Shown: in pieces, positions 13,681-27,455 of the stretch
Position numbering within the stretch: position 1 is the first letter of the stretch
How the letters are laid out: the number at the start of each line of letters is the position of its first letter
Assembly: GCF_030684315.1 (NCBI RefSeq)
Contig: NC_081397.1
Coordinates: 10,998,421-11,062,420 of the forward strand
Origin: Stegostoma tigrinum
Taxonomy: Eukaryota
Direction: 5' to 3'
DNA: 64,000 bases
Translations under genes and position numbers: made by a program
Notes under the pieces: generated by a model
What the model was told of the DNA's origin: nothing
Database searches by the model: none
The model's input: the letters and a program-made list of their open reading frames with translations, nothing else

Positions 13681-14725
13681 TAGTAATACAGTACGGACAC
13701 AGGCCCTTGCACCCAAACTGGTTCATGATGACTGTGGTGCCCACTCAGCTAGATCCAACTGCCCACATTATATCCCTCTACATCCTTCCTATCCATGTAC
13801 ATGTTCATTTTTTTTTAAGTGTTGATATTGTGCCTGCCTCAACAACTTTCTCTGGCAGCTGATTCCACATGTGCTCCACTCTCTCTGTGAAGTTGGCACC
13901 CCTCAGGTCCTTCTTAAATTCTTGCCCCCTCTCACCTGAAACCTGAGCCCTCTAGTTTTCAATTCCCCATCTGTGGGGGAAAAAAAACAAACACGATATG
14001 CATTTATCCGACCTATGGTGCTCATGATTTTATACATCTGAATAAGGTCACACTTCATTCTCCTACGGTCCAAGAAATAAAGTCCTACCCTGGCCAACAT
14101 CTCACCATAACTCAGGACCACTAGTCCTGCATAAATTTTCTTTGAACGCTTTCTAGTTGAACTCGGTCTTTTTTACAACAGGGTGACCAAAACTGTACAC
14201 AATACTCCATGTCTATTCAAAATGCCTCGATCAATGAAGGCCAGCATGCTGAATTCCTTCTTCAGCACCCTATCCACCTGTGACACTGCTTTAAACATAC
14301 TACGTACCTGTACTCCTTGGACCCTCTGTACCACATCACTACTCAGGACGTTACCATTTGCTGTAAAAGGCTTACTGTAGTTTGACATTCCAAAGTACAA
14401 CACCTCACACTTATCTCCATTGAATTGCATTTTCCCATCCTTAGCCCACTTCCCCGTCTGATTAAGATCCCTCTGTAATTTTCGATAACCTTCCCCACTA
14501 TGAACGATACTGCCTAACATTGCATCATCTGTAAACTTACTAATCATGCTTTGCACATTCACATCCAGATCATTTATGTCAATAACAAATAACAAAGGTC
14601 CCAGCACCAATCCCTGTGGCACACCACAAGTCACAGGCCTCCAGTCCGAGAAAGAATCTTCAACTGTCACCCTCTGCTTTGTACCATCAAGCCAATTTTG
14701 AATCCAATGAGCTAGCTTTCCCTGT
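13680..14725 (-). mobile_element. Degenerate CR1 LINE
   Basis: [27 protein letters not shown]...KFTDD. Confidence 0.9.
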
Positions 14726-14739
14726 TCAAGTGAGCCACA

Positions 14740-15460
14740 ACACACTGCAGCATCCCGGAGTTTCATAAAGCCAAGGAAGAACACTGATAGTGTCTTTAGA
14801 AATGACAGTTACCCAAAATGCATTGTTCGCAGATGCCACACAACTGATGACAACAGGAAGACACAACACATCCAGTGATAGTAGTCACCAGACTATGCAC
14901 TGAGGGTGTGAAATAACCACCAGGTTACACTACCACGTAAGAATCATGATAGCCCACGAAGTGACAGCCGCTGTTGAGAATGAAGGATCCAACATTCACA
15001 ATTAGCAGAACCAATGCGATTTACAAGATACCATGCAAATACTGCCACAAACCTTACCCAAGGCAAACCGGTAGGAAACCCGCCATCAGGATTCATGGAC
15101 ATCAACTCGCTGCCAAAAGTCATGGCCAACTATCACTCACCTTAATGCACATGGATAAAGAGGGACACCTGTTTGACTGGGACAAGGTAGCCATCAGAGG
15201 ACATCCCAAACAAAGACATGCACGAGAGTTCAAACTAGAACTCCATTAACAAACATGTCCAGCTGGACACCACACACCAACCACTAAGAAACCAATCTGG
15301 AAGTAATGCTCACCACCCCAGCAAAGTGAGGCACATAAATAGCAAGAAGGACAGAATACCAACGTTTCATTCACGGTGCACTGATGATGATATGTCGTAT
15401 GGTGATGAAATGTCTGTGAACAAACTTACAAGCTCAGTGAGCAAGTCAACAGCATCGTAT
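14740..15460 (+). mobile_element. Penelope-like element (Poseidon/Penelope-type) 3' part
   Basis: TNAIYKIPCKYCHKPYPRQTGRKPAIRIHGH, a degenerate GIY-YIG endonuclease; terminus ctgatga...gaaatgtc hammerhead-like at ~15381-15415. Confidence 0.75.
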
Positions 15461-15479
15461 TTAATGAACTGACCCTGAC

Positions 15480-16200
15480 ATTTCCTGCAAGGCAAGCGTG
15501 AAAGTAATTATCAACATGTATCTGTCAATTTCCGCAATTTAACTGTCACTGTGATCAAACTCTGTCAGTTTCCGCTTGGTGGCCATGTGAGTACAGTTAT
15601 CAATAAGGACGTTTCAGATTCCGCTCTGTGAATGAGAGTAATTATCAAACTGTACATGTCAGTCAGTTTATGCTGTGTGTAACTGGGAAGGCTGATTCCA
15701 GCATCTGCAGTTCTTGCTATGTCCAAGGTTGTTATCAATCTGTTCCTGTCAAGTTCGTCCATTTGGATATGTGCATGAAAGCAACATGCACCTATCATTT
15801 GCTTCTCTGTCAATTTGAGCGTCCAGTTACCAAGATGTACCTGTGAGAACCTACTCTGAATATTTGAGTACAGTCAGCAATCCGTGCATGTCTCTCTGTG
15901 GATTTGTGATTGCAGTTTTAAGTTTGTAGCTGTCACTTGATGCTCTGTGAAATTGGGAGTGTTATCATCAATATATTCCTGCCAGTTTCAGTCTCTGTGA
16001 AAGCGAGTACATCAATGAATATATGCATGATAGTTTCTATTATGTGACTATGTGAACATTTTTAATCAACCTTTTACTTGCAGTTTCTGAAGTATCAATA
16101 TGGTCAAATACTATTTTTTTCGTCTGACCCTACAATACGAATGTGTGAGGTTAGGTATCCATGCGTACTGGTCACTTTCTACTCCTTAAAGTGGATTAGG
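15480..16200 (-). repeat. Degenerate ~49-bp tandem repeat array
   Basis: Recurrent gttatcaatctgt..ctgtcagttt motifs. Confidence 0.75.
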
Positions 16201-16548
16201 TTTCAGGCAGCCAAAAATATTATCCGTGGAAGCGTGATTCATTATGTGGAGTTGATATCAGAGTAATTCTATGCAGATTTTCTTCAAGTCCTGAGGGTAT
16301 ACTTTGGATAAGGATTCAGTCTACCCATCTTCAAAAATGGTGTAAATGTCAATGGGTTATGTTAGGTGAAATCTGTTTGAACTGGGTATTTTGAATGGAG
16401 AGAGAAGCAAAATAAAGTGGCATTCCTCCGTGTTGTTTTATTGTCGGTTTGAACGTGTCTGACTGGAAATTAAAGTTCAATGGTGTCTGATTCAATCTGC
16501 TCTGTGACTGTGGAAAGGACGTTCTCTGCTGTGACAGTGGGAACATAC

Positions 16549-16630
16549 CTGCTGTTTGTTAGGACGAGCTGGTCACAATTGGCTTTGTACTGAAGAAATG
16601 ATACATTGCCTTGTTCCTTCAAGCGTTTGT
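16549..16630 (-). other. Putative exon 2, copy B (82 nt; no exon 1 seen)
   Basis: ttttttccttcctgcag| ... CAG|gtatgt; open frame KRLKEQGNVSFLQYKANCDQLVLTNS. Confidence 0.5.
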
Positions 16631-16651
16631 CTGCAGGAAGGAAAAAACAGA

Positions 16652-18420
16652 TAGCTCCTGTAAACCGTCATCAGATGGGTTTGAAAACATTTAACTGATC
16701 AATTCAACATCTAGCTAATAAACATTCAGATATTTAAATTATCACCAGGAATTCTAACAGAACTGTGGGCCTGATTGCACTCTTGCCCTGAGCTGCACTA
16801 CATTTGATCAATTTTGAAAAATTCAACTCTGAGTGATGCACAGAAAGTAACCAACCCCCGTACAGCTCCATGACTGGAACTACCTAATGCAAGCTTGTCT
16901 GTGCATATGAGTTTAGTTACTGATCCATTCATGTCATTTCATTCATCTCAATCTCTACATTTTTATAATGTGTGCATACATTTATCAAATCATGACAACT
17001 TCAAACACACATGCCTGACAAATGAGAAAAACCAAGGAACTGCAGATGCTGGAAATCAGCAACAAAAGTAGAAATTGCTGCAAAATCTCAGCAAGTCTAT
17101 CAGCATATGAGTATGGAAATGAATGTTCTGAAGTTGAACCTCTGTTCTGAGGAAGTGTGACGGGACCTGTAATATTACTTGCTTTGTTTCCACGTGGATG
17201 GACTGACAGGTACAGGTACTGACTGACTCAGAACTAGTTCAAAATACAGACATCATAACTAAAGATGTGATCCAAGGACTAACAGCTATGGAGTTCCATT
17301 TAAACTCCAGCAACAGATACATGATCTATACAAAATGATTATCACTCACACATATCTAGTCATAGACAACAACAGCACAGCAAACAGTCCTGTCTCTCCA
17401 AGCCAGCAATGATAGAAACAACAAGCCAATAATTACATCCATTCAACCAGCATTCAATTTCCATAAATGTATCACGGTGGCAGGGGAACTACCATCTCCA
17501 CCTTTATCGCAGGATTGTTCTCAAATTCTTCATCTTGTGGAACTAGAATTTTTTTGTTCTGTTGTACGCTAGAAGATTTTATAATCATGGACATTTATTT
17601 AAAAAAATAATAATTTAAATCGTAACTGGCTCTCCACTTCACATGAAACATTTAAAATGCTCAGTTTTCGAATGCAGGAAGATTGAAGGATCAATGGAGT
17701 GTGGCTGTCCATCTTGTTCCATAACAACGGTTCTTTTCAAAAAAAAATCTCATTATCTAAAACCTGGGTACTCACCCAATGGTCCTCAGTGTTAAATTTT
17801 AGTTTCCAAATTCTTCACAAAATAATTTGGCTCTCCTCTTTTGATGGTCTGTCACATATGGACCAAGTTCTGAAGGATAATAGAATGAAACCTGCAGGGC
17901 TATGGGATGTGTGCAGGAAGATGTGATTGTGATGCCCATCTGGGGGTGTTTGGGTCAGCATGGACATGATGCACCAAATGACCTCCTTCTGTTCTGTACC
18001 ATTTTTACAATGATTGATTGGTCTAGACCAATGTTTCCCTGTCAGTCTCTGCTGTGTAATACAGAAGTAATTTGCCAAAGATTTAGAGGGACACATTGAT
18101 AACTACACTCACACATTCAACAGGTAGCAACTGACATGCATGGATCAGTAACTAAACACATATGCACAGACAAGCTTGCATTAGGTAGTTCTAGTCATGG
18201 AGCTGTACGGGTGTTGGTTACTTTCTGTGCATCACTCAATTAGAGTTGAAGTTTTTAAAATTGATCAAATGTAGTGCAGCTCAGGGCAAGAGTGCAATCA
18301 GGCCCACAGTTCTGTTAGAATTCCTGGTGATAATCTAAATATCTGAATGCTTATTAGCTAGATGTTGAATTGATCAGTTAAATGTTTTCAAACCCATCTG
18401 ATGACGGTTTACAGGAGCTG
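16652..18420. repeat. ~285-bp inverted repeat pair (16652-16937 / 18133-18420) flanking ~1.2 kb
   Basis: agctcctgtaaaccgtcatcagatgggtttgaaaac... is the reverse complement of ...gttttcaaacccatctgatgacggtttacaggagct with few mismatches. Confidence 0.92.
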
Positions 18421-18424
18421 TTTT

Positions 18425-19285
18425 TTTTTGTGTCAGTTTTTGCTGCATGCCAGCATGAGCATATTTACCAATCTGTAACTTTCAGTTTCTCCCGTGTGTA
18501 TCTGACAGTGTAGTTATAAATCTGTTATAACAAGGCACAGAGCTGGATGAACACAGCATGCTAAGCAGCATCAGAGGAACAGGAAAGCTGATGTTTCGGG
18601 CCTGGGCCCTTCTTCAGAAAGTTGTAGAGGTGTGAATACATTTATCATAGTTTGCCCGTCAGTTTCAGGGGTGTGTGTGTGTGTGTGTGTCAATGAATGA
18701 AGTTGTCAATCTGTCCCTGTCAGTATCTGAAATCAGAATATTCAAATGTGTTTGTGTAATTGTCAGTCTATCCCTGATACATTCATGGAGCAGAAACTGA
18801 GGTTTTGTTTTCAATATATTCCTGTCAGTTTCTGCTTGGGGAATGTGTGAGCATTTTTATAAACCTGTACCTAGCAGTTTCTGTATCATCAAGACAGGAA
18901 TTTAGTTATTAATCTGTACCTGTTAACTTTGGTTTTGTGAAGAACTGGGTGTAGTTATTGATCTGTATTTGTCAGTAGCTGCTCGTGAAGATGTGATTGT
19001 AATTATCAAACTGTCCCTCTCAGTTTCTGCTGTGTCATATGTGAGTTTAGTTGTCAATCAATACCCATCCATTCCTGCGTCATGAATGTGGGAGTGCATT
19101 GCAAAAAAAATGTCAAATTTCTGTGAATGTGCAAATATAGATCACAATCTCTACATTTTCATAATGTGTGCATATATTTATCAATCTGTACCTGTCAGTT
19201 ATTTTGCATTCTGAATGTGTGCATAATTGTCATTGTCCCTGTCGTTTTCTGATACGTGAAGACAAGAGTGTAGTTATCGATATAC
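18425..19285 (-). repeat. Degenerate ~49-bp tandem repeat array (continues at 20345-20560 beyond a CR1 insertion)
   Basis: tagttat motif starts at 18903, 18952, 19000, 19048 (period 48-49). Confidence 0.8.
18590..18617 (-). ncRNA. Minimal hammerhead ribozyme core
   Basis: Minus strand CUGAAGA-AGGGCC-CA-GGCCC-GAAAC-AUC. Confidence 0.55.
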
Positions 19286-19289
19286 AAAG

Positions 19290-20345
19290 AATAAAGAGAA
19301 CAAAGAAAATTACAGCACAGGAAAATACCCTTCCGCCCTCCAAGCCTGTGCCGATCGAGATCCTCTGTCTAACCTGTCATCTATTTTCTAAGGGTCTGTG
19401 TCCCTTTGCTCCCTGCCCATCCAGATACCTGTCCAAATAGATCTCAAAAAATGCTAATGTGTCTTCATCTACTACCTCCACTGGCAACGCATTCGAGGCA
19501 CCCGTCACCCTCTGTATAAAGAACTTTCCACACATATCTCCCTTTACCTTTCATCCTCTCACTTTGAACTCAGGACCCATAGTAATTGAGTCCCCCACAC
19601 TGGGAAAAAGCTTCTTGCTATCCACCCTGTCTATATCCCTCATGATTTTGTAGACCTCATTCAGATCCCCGCCTCACTCTCCGTCTTTCTAATGAAAATA
19701 ATCCTAATCTACTCAACCTCTCTTCATAGCCAGCACCCTCCATACCAGGCAACATCCTGGTAAACCTCCCCTGCACCCTCTCCAAACAGTCCACATCCTG
19801 TTGGTGATGTGGCGACCAGAACTGTACACAGTATTCTAAATGTGGCCGAACTAATGTCTGATACAACTGTAACATGACCTGCCAACTCTTGTACTCAATA
19901 CCCCATCCGATGAAGGAAAGCATGCCATATGCCTTCTTGACCACACTATTGACCTGCGTTGCCACCTTCAGGGAACAAAGGACTTAAACACCCAGGTCTC
20001 TCTGTTCATCAATTTTCCCTAGGACTCTTCCATTTACTGTATAGTACACCCTTGAATTAAATCTTCCAAAATGCATCACCTCGCATTTGCACGGATTGAA
20101 CTCCATCTGCCCAACTCTCCAGTCTATTTATATTCTGCTGTCATCTCTGACAGTCCCCTTCACTATCTGCTACTCCACCAATCTTAATGTCATCTGCAAA
20201 CTTGCTGCACAGACCACCTACACCTTCCTCCAGATCATTTATGTATATCACAAACAACAGTGGTCCCAGCACAGATCCCTGTGGAACACGACCGGTCACA
20301 GGTCTCCAATTTGAGAAACTCCCTTCTACTACTACTCTCTGCCTC
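19290..20345 (-). mobile_element. CR1 LINE 3' portion
   Basis: [21 protein letters not shown]...KFADD; LVRPHLEYCVQFWSP. Confidence 0.92.
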
Positions 20346-22030
20346 AATGATATGTGATTGTCACTTTCTTCTCTCTGGCTGAGACAGTATTTTCTCTCAT
20401 TTCTGCCAGTCAGATCCTGCCCTGTAAATCTGAGAAACTAATTATTAAGCTATACCTGTCGCTATCTGATTTGTAAATGCATTTATCATTCTCTCCCTGT
20501 CAAGTTTCTGCTGTGTAAATGTGCAAGTGAAGTAATCGATCTGTGACTGTCAGTTTCAGCTGAATATTGCTCTTTCAACATCTGCAGGTTTTCTTTGATG
20601 TTCAAATATCTGCTCATTAACATGAATAAGATTTTATCTGCAGCTATGTAAGGTGCTGTAAGTGAAACCGTCAGTGTTTATACCATTCGCTAACTCTAGC
20701 AGTGCGGCTGAAGTTTGAGTATGTTCCACAATATTCATTCTATGGTACAGTTTAAGTTTTATTCTAATATTGGTCAGTCTCTGGTTTGAATGTGTTGAGT
20801 TTAATGTGCACATTTTTGTTGCAAGTTCACTGTACGAATCATTCTTAATTGTAAGTCAAAAAACTTGGTATCTGCTTGAACATATGTTATTTTCTGCCTG
20901 TTTTCAGGTCAATATTTAATTTCCTTCAGGTAGATTTAAAACTTTATATTCGGCAGTGGGTTCTGCTATTCAGTTTTTGGGGTAAACAAATTCAATGGCA
21001 ATGTAGGTTTCAATCTGTCACTTGTCCTGATATGCAATTCCTCCAGTTTGTACAAAAGGAAAAAAAAACTTTAGTTACCTCTCTCAGTCTAAGACACCGT
21101 GAGATATTTGGAGGTACAATGAATCTCTTGTTCAATCTACTACTTGGACTACTTCACGGGAATTCAGTATGTCAAAAAATTCACACAATTTTTTTTGATG
21201 ATGTCGCAAACAATTGATACTTAATTTATGACCATGGCCATTACCATGTAGTTAAATCCTACAGGGAGTGCATGGAGATTGGAGAACTGAGCTCACTTTT
21301 TGTTCTGTTTGTCTCTTTCATAGAAGGCTAGCTCTCTGACCTGAAATCTGAGAGTAGAAATCATTTTTAGTGTTACATGTGCTGAGGCTTGAAGTGTACA
21401 TGGTCTTCATGGCTATTAGATGTTGAGGAATGTGTGTTGGAACGGTGCATGTATGTATTTGGAATACATTGTAAATCACTCAGTAAGTCGGTGCGTGTGT
21501 GCGCGCGCGCATGTGCAGTTTATGTTATGTGCTCTCAGTAACCATTTTATGTCACGCATTTGGAAGTCACATTATTTAATTCTTCTCTCTATGCATGGGA
21601 CATCAATTTGTCAAAACATAGACACCGTCCTGCTCAGTTACTGATAACGTGAATGTTTTCTTCCATATCTGTACTCACACTGTGCGAAGTAACTATGTAA
21701 CTGCATGAACTATTTCTTCACCTTGACAGTAACTTGAAAAACATGCTTACTAAATGCAGATTTAGTGCAGTTCCTCGGTGTCCGTCTCAGATGAAGATTC
21801 AGTCTGTGACTTTTCAAAAATGTTGTAAATATCAGTAGGCTATGAATGAAGAAAATTATAGCAACCGAGGAGGGGTGCATTGGGAAGAGAGAAAACAAAC
21901 TACTTGTATTTTGTTGCTTGTATTTGACTGTTGGCTTGAATGCATTTCTCTGGAAATTGAGATCACCGTGTCTCTGACTCAAACTGCTCTTTGCCTGTGG
22001 AAATGATGCATTCTGACAGCGGTAACATAC

Positions 22031-22112
22031 CTGCTGTTTGTGAGAAGCAGCTGCTCACACTTGGCTTTGCACCAAGGAAATGATACACTGTCTTGGTCCT
22101 TCATGTATTTGC
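22031..22112 (-). other. Putative exon 2, copy C (82 nt; exon 1 deleted)
   Basis: ttttcatccag| ... CAG|gtatgt; open frame KYMKDQDSVSFPWCKAKCEQLLLTNS. Confidence 0.5.
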
Positions 22113-24529
22113 CTGGATGAAAACAGAAGAGAAACATTCTGTAAATCAGCATCAGCCAGGTTTGACAATCTCAAACAGATTAACGTACATTCAGTTGATA
22201 ATTATTAGGATGTTTCTTTTCTTCAACTTCACCTGACAATGCAGCAGAGCTCCAAAAGCTTGAGATTTTAAAATAAGCCTATTGGACTATCACACAAATC
22301 GTGAGACTTCGGCCTTTTCTTTGAAGCCATCAATTCAAACACAGGTCTAACTCAGCGAGGTCCAGAAACTGAACAATTGCACAGCTGCATCTAAAGGTGC
22401 TACCTGAGGATGCTGTAATATTGACAGTTTGTGTTACCAGATCCCAACACACTAACTGTTGTAAAGAAGCACAACAGACACTATTTCAAATGTTTTTGCT
22501 CGAGACATATAATCTGTTGACTCCAATCTGCGTCCTTTACAGGATTCTTATATTTCCACCATCTTGCCTGTGTTTCCACTATTCTTTGCACAATGACGAT
22601 AAACAGTGTGAAACAGTAGCCAAACAAGCAGCATTTGGGGCAGGGCCACCAATGGCATGGACTGCTTTTCCCAATAATTCCCAACAACAAACATCAATGG
22701 GTCATTCCCTAACTCCCTTCTCTCCCACTGTGAAGAAAGCAACTGGGGCTGTGGGGAAAAGGGCAGAGAATGCTTCAACCTGAGGCGTCGGCCCTTTGTG
22801 GAGCAATAATAGAACTCTTCCCCAGGTCATGTTAATAACTCCCTGCCTCCAGCTATCTCAGAATTGAATGAGCAATGTTCGGGCTGCCCAAGTCGAAGAG
22901 ACACCGAATGGCTGGCAACTAAGCTGTTCCTCTAGCCCTGCTGCCTATGACTGACACGTGGTTAAACAGAACGAATGAAAAAAGCCACAATGGTACTTTG
23001 GAGAAGAGGTTATTCCGAGGCAAAAGGGAGCATTGCACAAACAACAGCTGCAAGATTTGTTGGAGACAGTTTGAAGGTTTGCAACAAAGATTGAAGGGGA
23101 CAGTAAATTCTGCAAGAAACAAACAGTTGAACTCATGGGATTATGGCTCATAAAAAAATCTACAGAATCAAACAAGTTCATTAAAATTGATAAGCAATTG
23201 ACTTCAGTCCCTTTAATGAAAGGATGTTGTCCCATTAGATGAATATAGTTAGTTAGGACGAGGGGTGTCAATCATCTCAAAGACAGCTGGCCTAGCTCAT
23301 CATGAAAACAGCAGATAACTCCATCTTGCAGCAATATTCACACGATTCAGAAATTGGTTCCAGTTAAAGATCCTTCAGATGGATTTCAATGTAATTCTAA
23401 ATCTATATATAAGCATTAGGGGAGAAGATTCAAACATGGGTATGAAAGTTAATTAGTCACCAGAAGGTTTCCTATGTCACTAAAGGAATGCCTGGTGCAT
23501 CCAATAAGAAGCAAATGGCTCACAATTCATTAGCTCCAACAGAGCTAAGAGTAGGGTAAGCATAATGCTTTAAATAAAACTCACTTTATAATACAATTAA
23601 TATCATGAATCTCACAGCAAGTCGTAAGAATCAACTCAGCAATAGTAAGCCCTGCCAATGCTGCAGTTGGAGATAACACAATGTGGAGCTGGAGGAACAC
23701 AGCAGGCCAGGCAGCATCAGAGGTGCAGGAAAGTTTAAGTTGTGGGTCAGGACTCTTCTTCAGAAGCATCAACTTTCCTGATACTCTGATGCTGCCTGGC
23801 CTCCTAGTAGGAGTCAACTGTCTGTTTTATTATAATTCAGACAGTGGGAAAATAAGAGGAGTAACAGAATTTAATAGAGACACAAAATTAATACAATTGA
23901 CAGCAGAATTCAAGCTAGCCTGATAGGTAAGCGATTCTGGGGCATGACTGAAGGTGTACAGCCAGTAACTTTGAAAAGCGAATTAATAGATGCATGGAAA
24001 GATCCCATGGCCTGGTGATTACATTGTCTGTTAAACATTATGAGATTGTGGCGACTCTTGGCCTGGCTAATAGAGGGCCCATCTTCAATTAGGAGTTTCA
24101 AAGGATTCGTTGTATAGAATAAGGGGAAAGGCACAGTGATCCCGTTGCATTGAATCACTGCAACAAAATGTATAATACTGTATTCCACTGTGAGAATCAG
24201 AGTCATCAATCGCTTTCCAATCTGAGCTAAAAATTAATGATGTAACTGCATCTTCAAGAGGGGTGGCTGTGGCCCTCTCCCCGCATGATCTGGTGACTGG
24301 TTGACGAAATACTGCCACGGGCCTGAATTCCGCCTGCCCCGAGTCTTTGTCCTCGGTCTGGAGTTTCACTCCTGCAGGGAATCAAAGAAGTGGATTGAAA
24401 ATTTGGCCCATTCAATTTGCTCCACTGTTCAATGACAATATCTGATCCAAGTGAGCCGTTAACTGTAGTATTAATTCACCTTGACCTTCGTCCCATAAAT
24501 ATTAATTCAATGTTGAAAGAACATACAGA

Positions 24530-24950
24530 GAAATGAAAGAAATGGGACATTCTCACTGAAGCAACACATAAGTATTGGATGGCACCCTGTGTCACAGTGG
24601 TATCTAGATGGAAGTGGTCGTGGGCTTGGAAGGCACTGTCTATGGAGCATTGGTGAATTCCAGCTGTGCATCTTCTGGAAGGTACACATTGCTGCTTGAG
24701 TATTGGTGTCTGAGGGAATGGACGTTTGCGGATGTGCAGCCAATCAAGTGTTTCTCTCCTGGATGGTATCTTGCTTCTGGTGTGTTTGTGGAGCTGCACT
24801 CATCCGGGTAAGTGGGGCTAAACCATCACATTCCTGACTTGATCACATGAGATGTTGGACAGGATTTGGGGAAGCAGGAGACCAGACACTCACTGCAGGA
24901 TACCCAGACTCTGACTTGTCCTTGCAGTATCTGTATTTATGTACAGAATC
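24530..24950 (-). mobile_element. LINE fragment (same family as 3865-4500)
   Basis: Shared sequence gatggaagtggtcgtggg...gtgcagccaatcaag. Confidence 0.55.
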
Positions 24951-24964
24951 AGTTCGAGCATCAC

Positions 24965-25720
24965 AGCGTCCATGAGTGAAACAGAATGGGAACAGACCCT
25001 TTCATCCAACTGGTCTGCAATAGATTAACATCCCAATCTGACCTCGTCCCATTTGCCAGCATTTTGCACATATCCCTCTCATGTCGACCTGTTCATCTAC
25101 CCGTCCAATGGTGTTTAAAACTTATCATTGTACCCTCCACAAGGCGTACCTCTGTCAGCTTGTTCCAGACATGCCCCACACTCTGCACTAACGAAATCTC
25201 CCTCAGGTCTCTTTTAACATTGACCCTCTCACTGTAAACCTATGCCCTTAAGGTTTCGGCTCCACCACCCGAGAAAAAGAGACCATGGCTATTCACCCTA
25301 TCCATGCCCCTCATGACTTTATAAACCTCTACAAGGTCACCCCTCGGTCTCTGACGCTGCAGGGGAGAAAGCCCGAGCCTGTTCACCCTCTCCAAACAGT
25401 TCACACCATCTGGTCCAGCTAACATCTCTGTAAATATTTGCTGCGCCCTCTCCAGTTCAACAACTTCCTTCCGACAGCAGTTTGGCCAGAACTTTAAGCA
25501 GTAAAAGTGGACCCAAAACATTTCCTGTACAGCCACAACATGACATCTCAACTCCTATTCTCAATGCACTGACCAATGAAGGCAAACACTTGCTTCACCA
25601 CCTTATCTACTTGCGACTCCACTTTCAATGAACTATGCACACAAACACCTTGGCGTCTTTGTTGGGGAACACTTCCCACGGCCCTCCTATTAACTGTCAA
25701 ACCCCTCTCCTGTTTTGAAC
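24965..25720 (-). mobile_element. CR1 LINE 3' fragment
   Basis: LERAQQIFTEML...RGDLVEVYKVMRGMDRV. Confidence 0.85.
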
Positions 25721-25724
25721 AATG

Positions 25725-25970
25725 AGAATGTGAGAGTTATTATCATTCTTTTCTTGTCAGTTACTGCAACGTGAACAAGAGCAACTATTAATGTATGCCT
25801 TTCCGTTTCTGTTATGTCCATTTGTGAGTTTAGTAATTGTTGCAAACACCAGTTTTTGCTGTGTGACTGTGAGAGTGAAGTTCTCAATCCAAAATAATCA
25901 ATTTCTACTCTTGTGCATCAAAATAGTTTTATTCTCTGGCCACCAGTGATATTCTGTGACTGTGCTTCAA
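25725..25970 (-). repeat. Degenerate ~49-bp tandem repeat array
   Basis: Same motif family, highly eroded. Confidence 0.55.
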
Positions 25971-27374
25971 TCTGAGAGAATAGTTATGAGGGCGTAGAGA
26001 GTGAGCCTTAACCCCATTTCCATTTGCAGTTTATGAGCTTTCTGTCAGTCTGAGGGGGTAAGGAGGTGGAGAGCAGATTATATTCTCAACAATTTGTGGA
26101 AACAGTTGAAGAGTACAAATGTTCTAGAGCAAGCACAATGGGCTGAATGGCCTGCTTCTGACATGTACTTGGTCTGTATTTCTGAGGCATTTTCATGAAT
26201 CCAAGTGTTGGATAGTGCGTCAGTGTAAAGATATCATGTAGAAATGGACAGACAAGCTTATTTTTCTTTTAAAAAAGCTGGCCCTGTGAGTCAGTGTAGG
26301 CTGTTTCCAGTTTTACTGAGATACTTAGTTTCACTTTGTGTACTGGGATATTGAGTTTTTTTTTCATTTATTTATTTGGAGAATTTTATTCTGTATCTGA
26401 CAGACCATGCTGCATTCTCTACTTGTCAGGCTTTGGCAGAGAAAGTGCATTTGCATTTCACATTATTTAATTTCTGTGTCTTTGTATGGGACATCATTCA
26501 TCAAAAGATAATTTTAGTCCTAAATAAAAACTCAAAAAACTTCAGGTGCTGCAAGTCAGAAACAAACATGGAATATGCAGGAAACGCAAAGCAGGTCTGG
26601 CAGCACGTGAAGAGAAATCATGGTTAACTTTTCAAACACTTCCTCAGTTCTGCGCAAAGGTCACTGGATCCGAAACATTAATTCTGATTTCTCTTCACGC
26701 ATGCTGCCAGGCCTGCTGAGCTTTTCCAGAAAATTCTGTTTTTGTTTACTATTTCTGTCCTCAGTCACTGATAAACATCAAAAGTTTCCTTCCATATTTG
26801 TACTCAATACCTACTCCATATATGGTCATTGTAACAACTTGATCTGTTTGTATCAGACTTAAATGGAACTGCAGATGCTGGAGAATCCGAGATAACAAGG
26901 TGTGGAGCTGGATGAAGACAGCAGGCCAAGCAGCATCTCAGGGGCAGGAAAGCTGACATTTTGGGCCTAAACTTTTCATCAGAAACATCAGCTTTCCTGC
27001 TCCTATGATGCTGCTTGGCCTGTTGTGTTCATCCAGCTCTAAACCTTGTGATCAGGTTGTATACCTGGATTATAACTATAAAAATACCCTCGCTTAATGT
27101 GAATTCAATGTAGTTATTGAGAGTATATTTGTGACATAAATTCAATCTATTCTCTTCAAATGCTGTGAATGACAATGGGCTGTCAAAGATAAACTTTCCT
27201 GGAACTGGGTTAGTTTATATTGAGAAGAGGAAAAAAAAGGTTACATTTTGTATTTTGTTGGTGGCATTTGTTCGCTGGTTTAATTGTTTCTTTATGGAAA
27301 TTGCGTTCAATGCGAGTCTTACTTAAGCCGCGACTGTGGAAAGGACAGTCTCCGCTCTGACAGTGGGAACATAC

Positions 27375-27455
27375 CTGCTGTTAGTAGGAGCAGCTAGTCA
27401 CACTTGGTGTTGCACCACGGAAACGTGACATTGTCTTGACACATCAGATAATTGC
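27375..27455 (-). other. Putative exon 2, copy D (81 nt, in-frame TAG)
   Basis: tttctccag| ... CAG|gtatgt; homologous to the other copies. Confidence 0.5.

Noticed and set aside
18671-18690. (GT)n microsatellites (also ~1492-1506) and small tandem duplication at 62018-62060
   Set aside because: Ordinary simple repeats
19290-20345. CR1 as a shared ancestral insertion with 58255-59080
   Set aside because: Same subfamily but different insertion points in the paralogous units (copy C is empty near 21175-21230)
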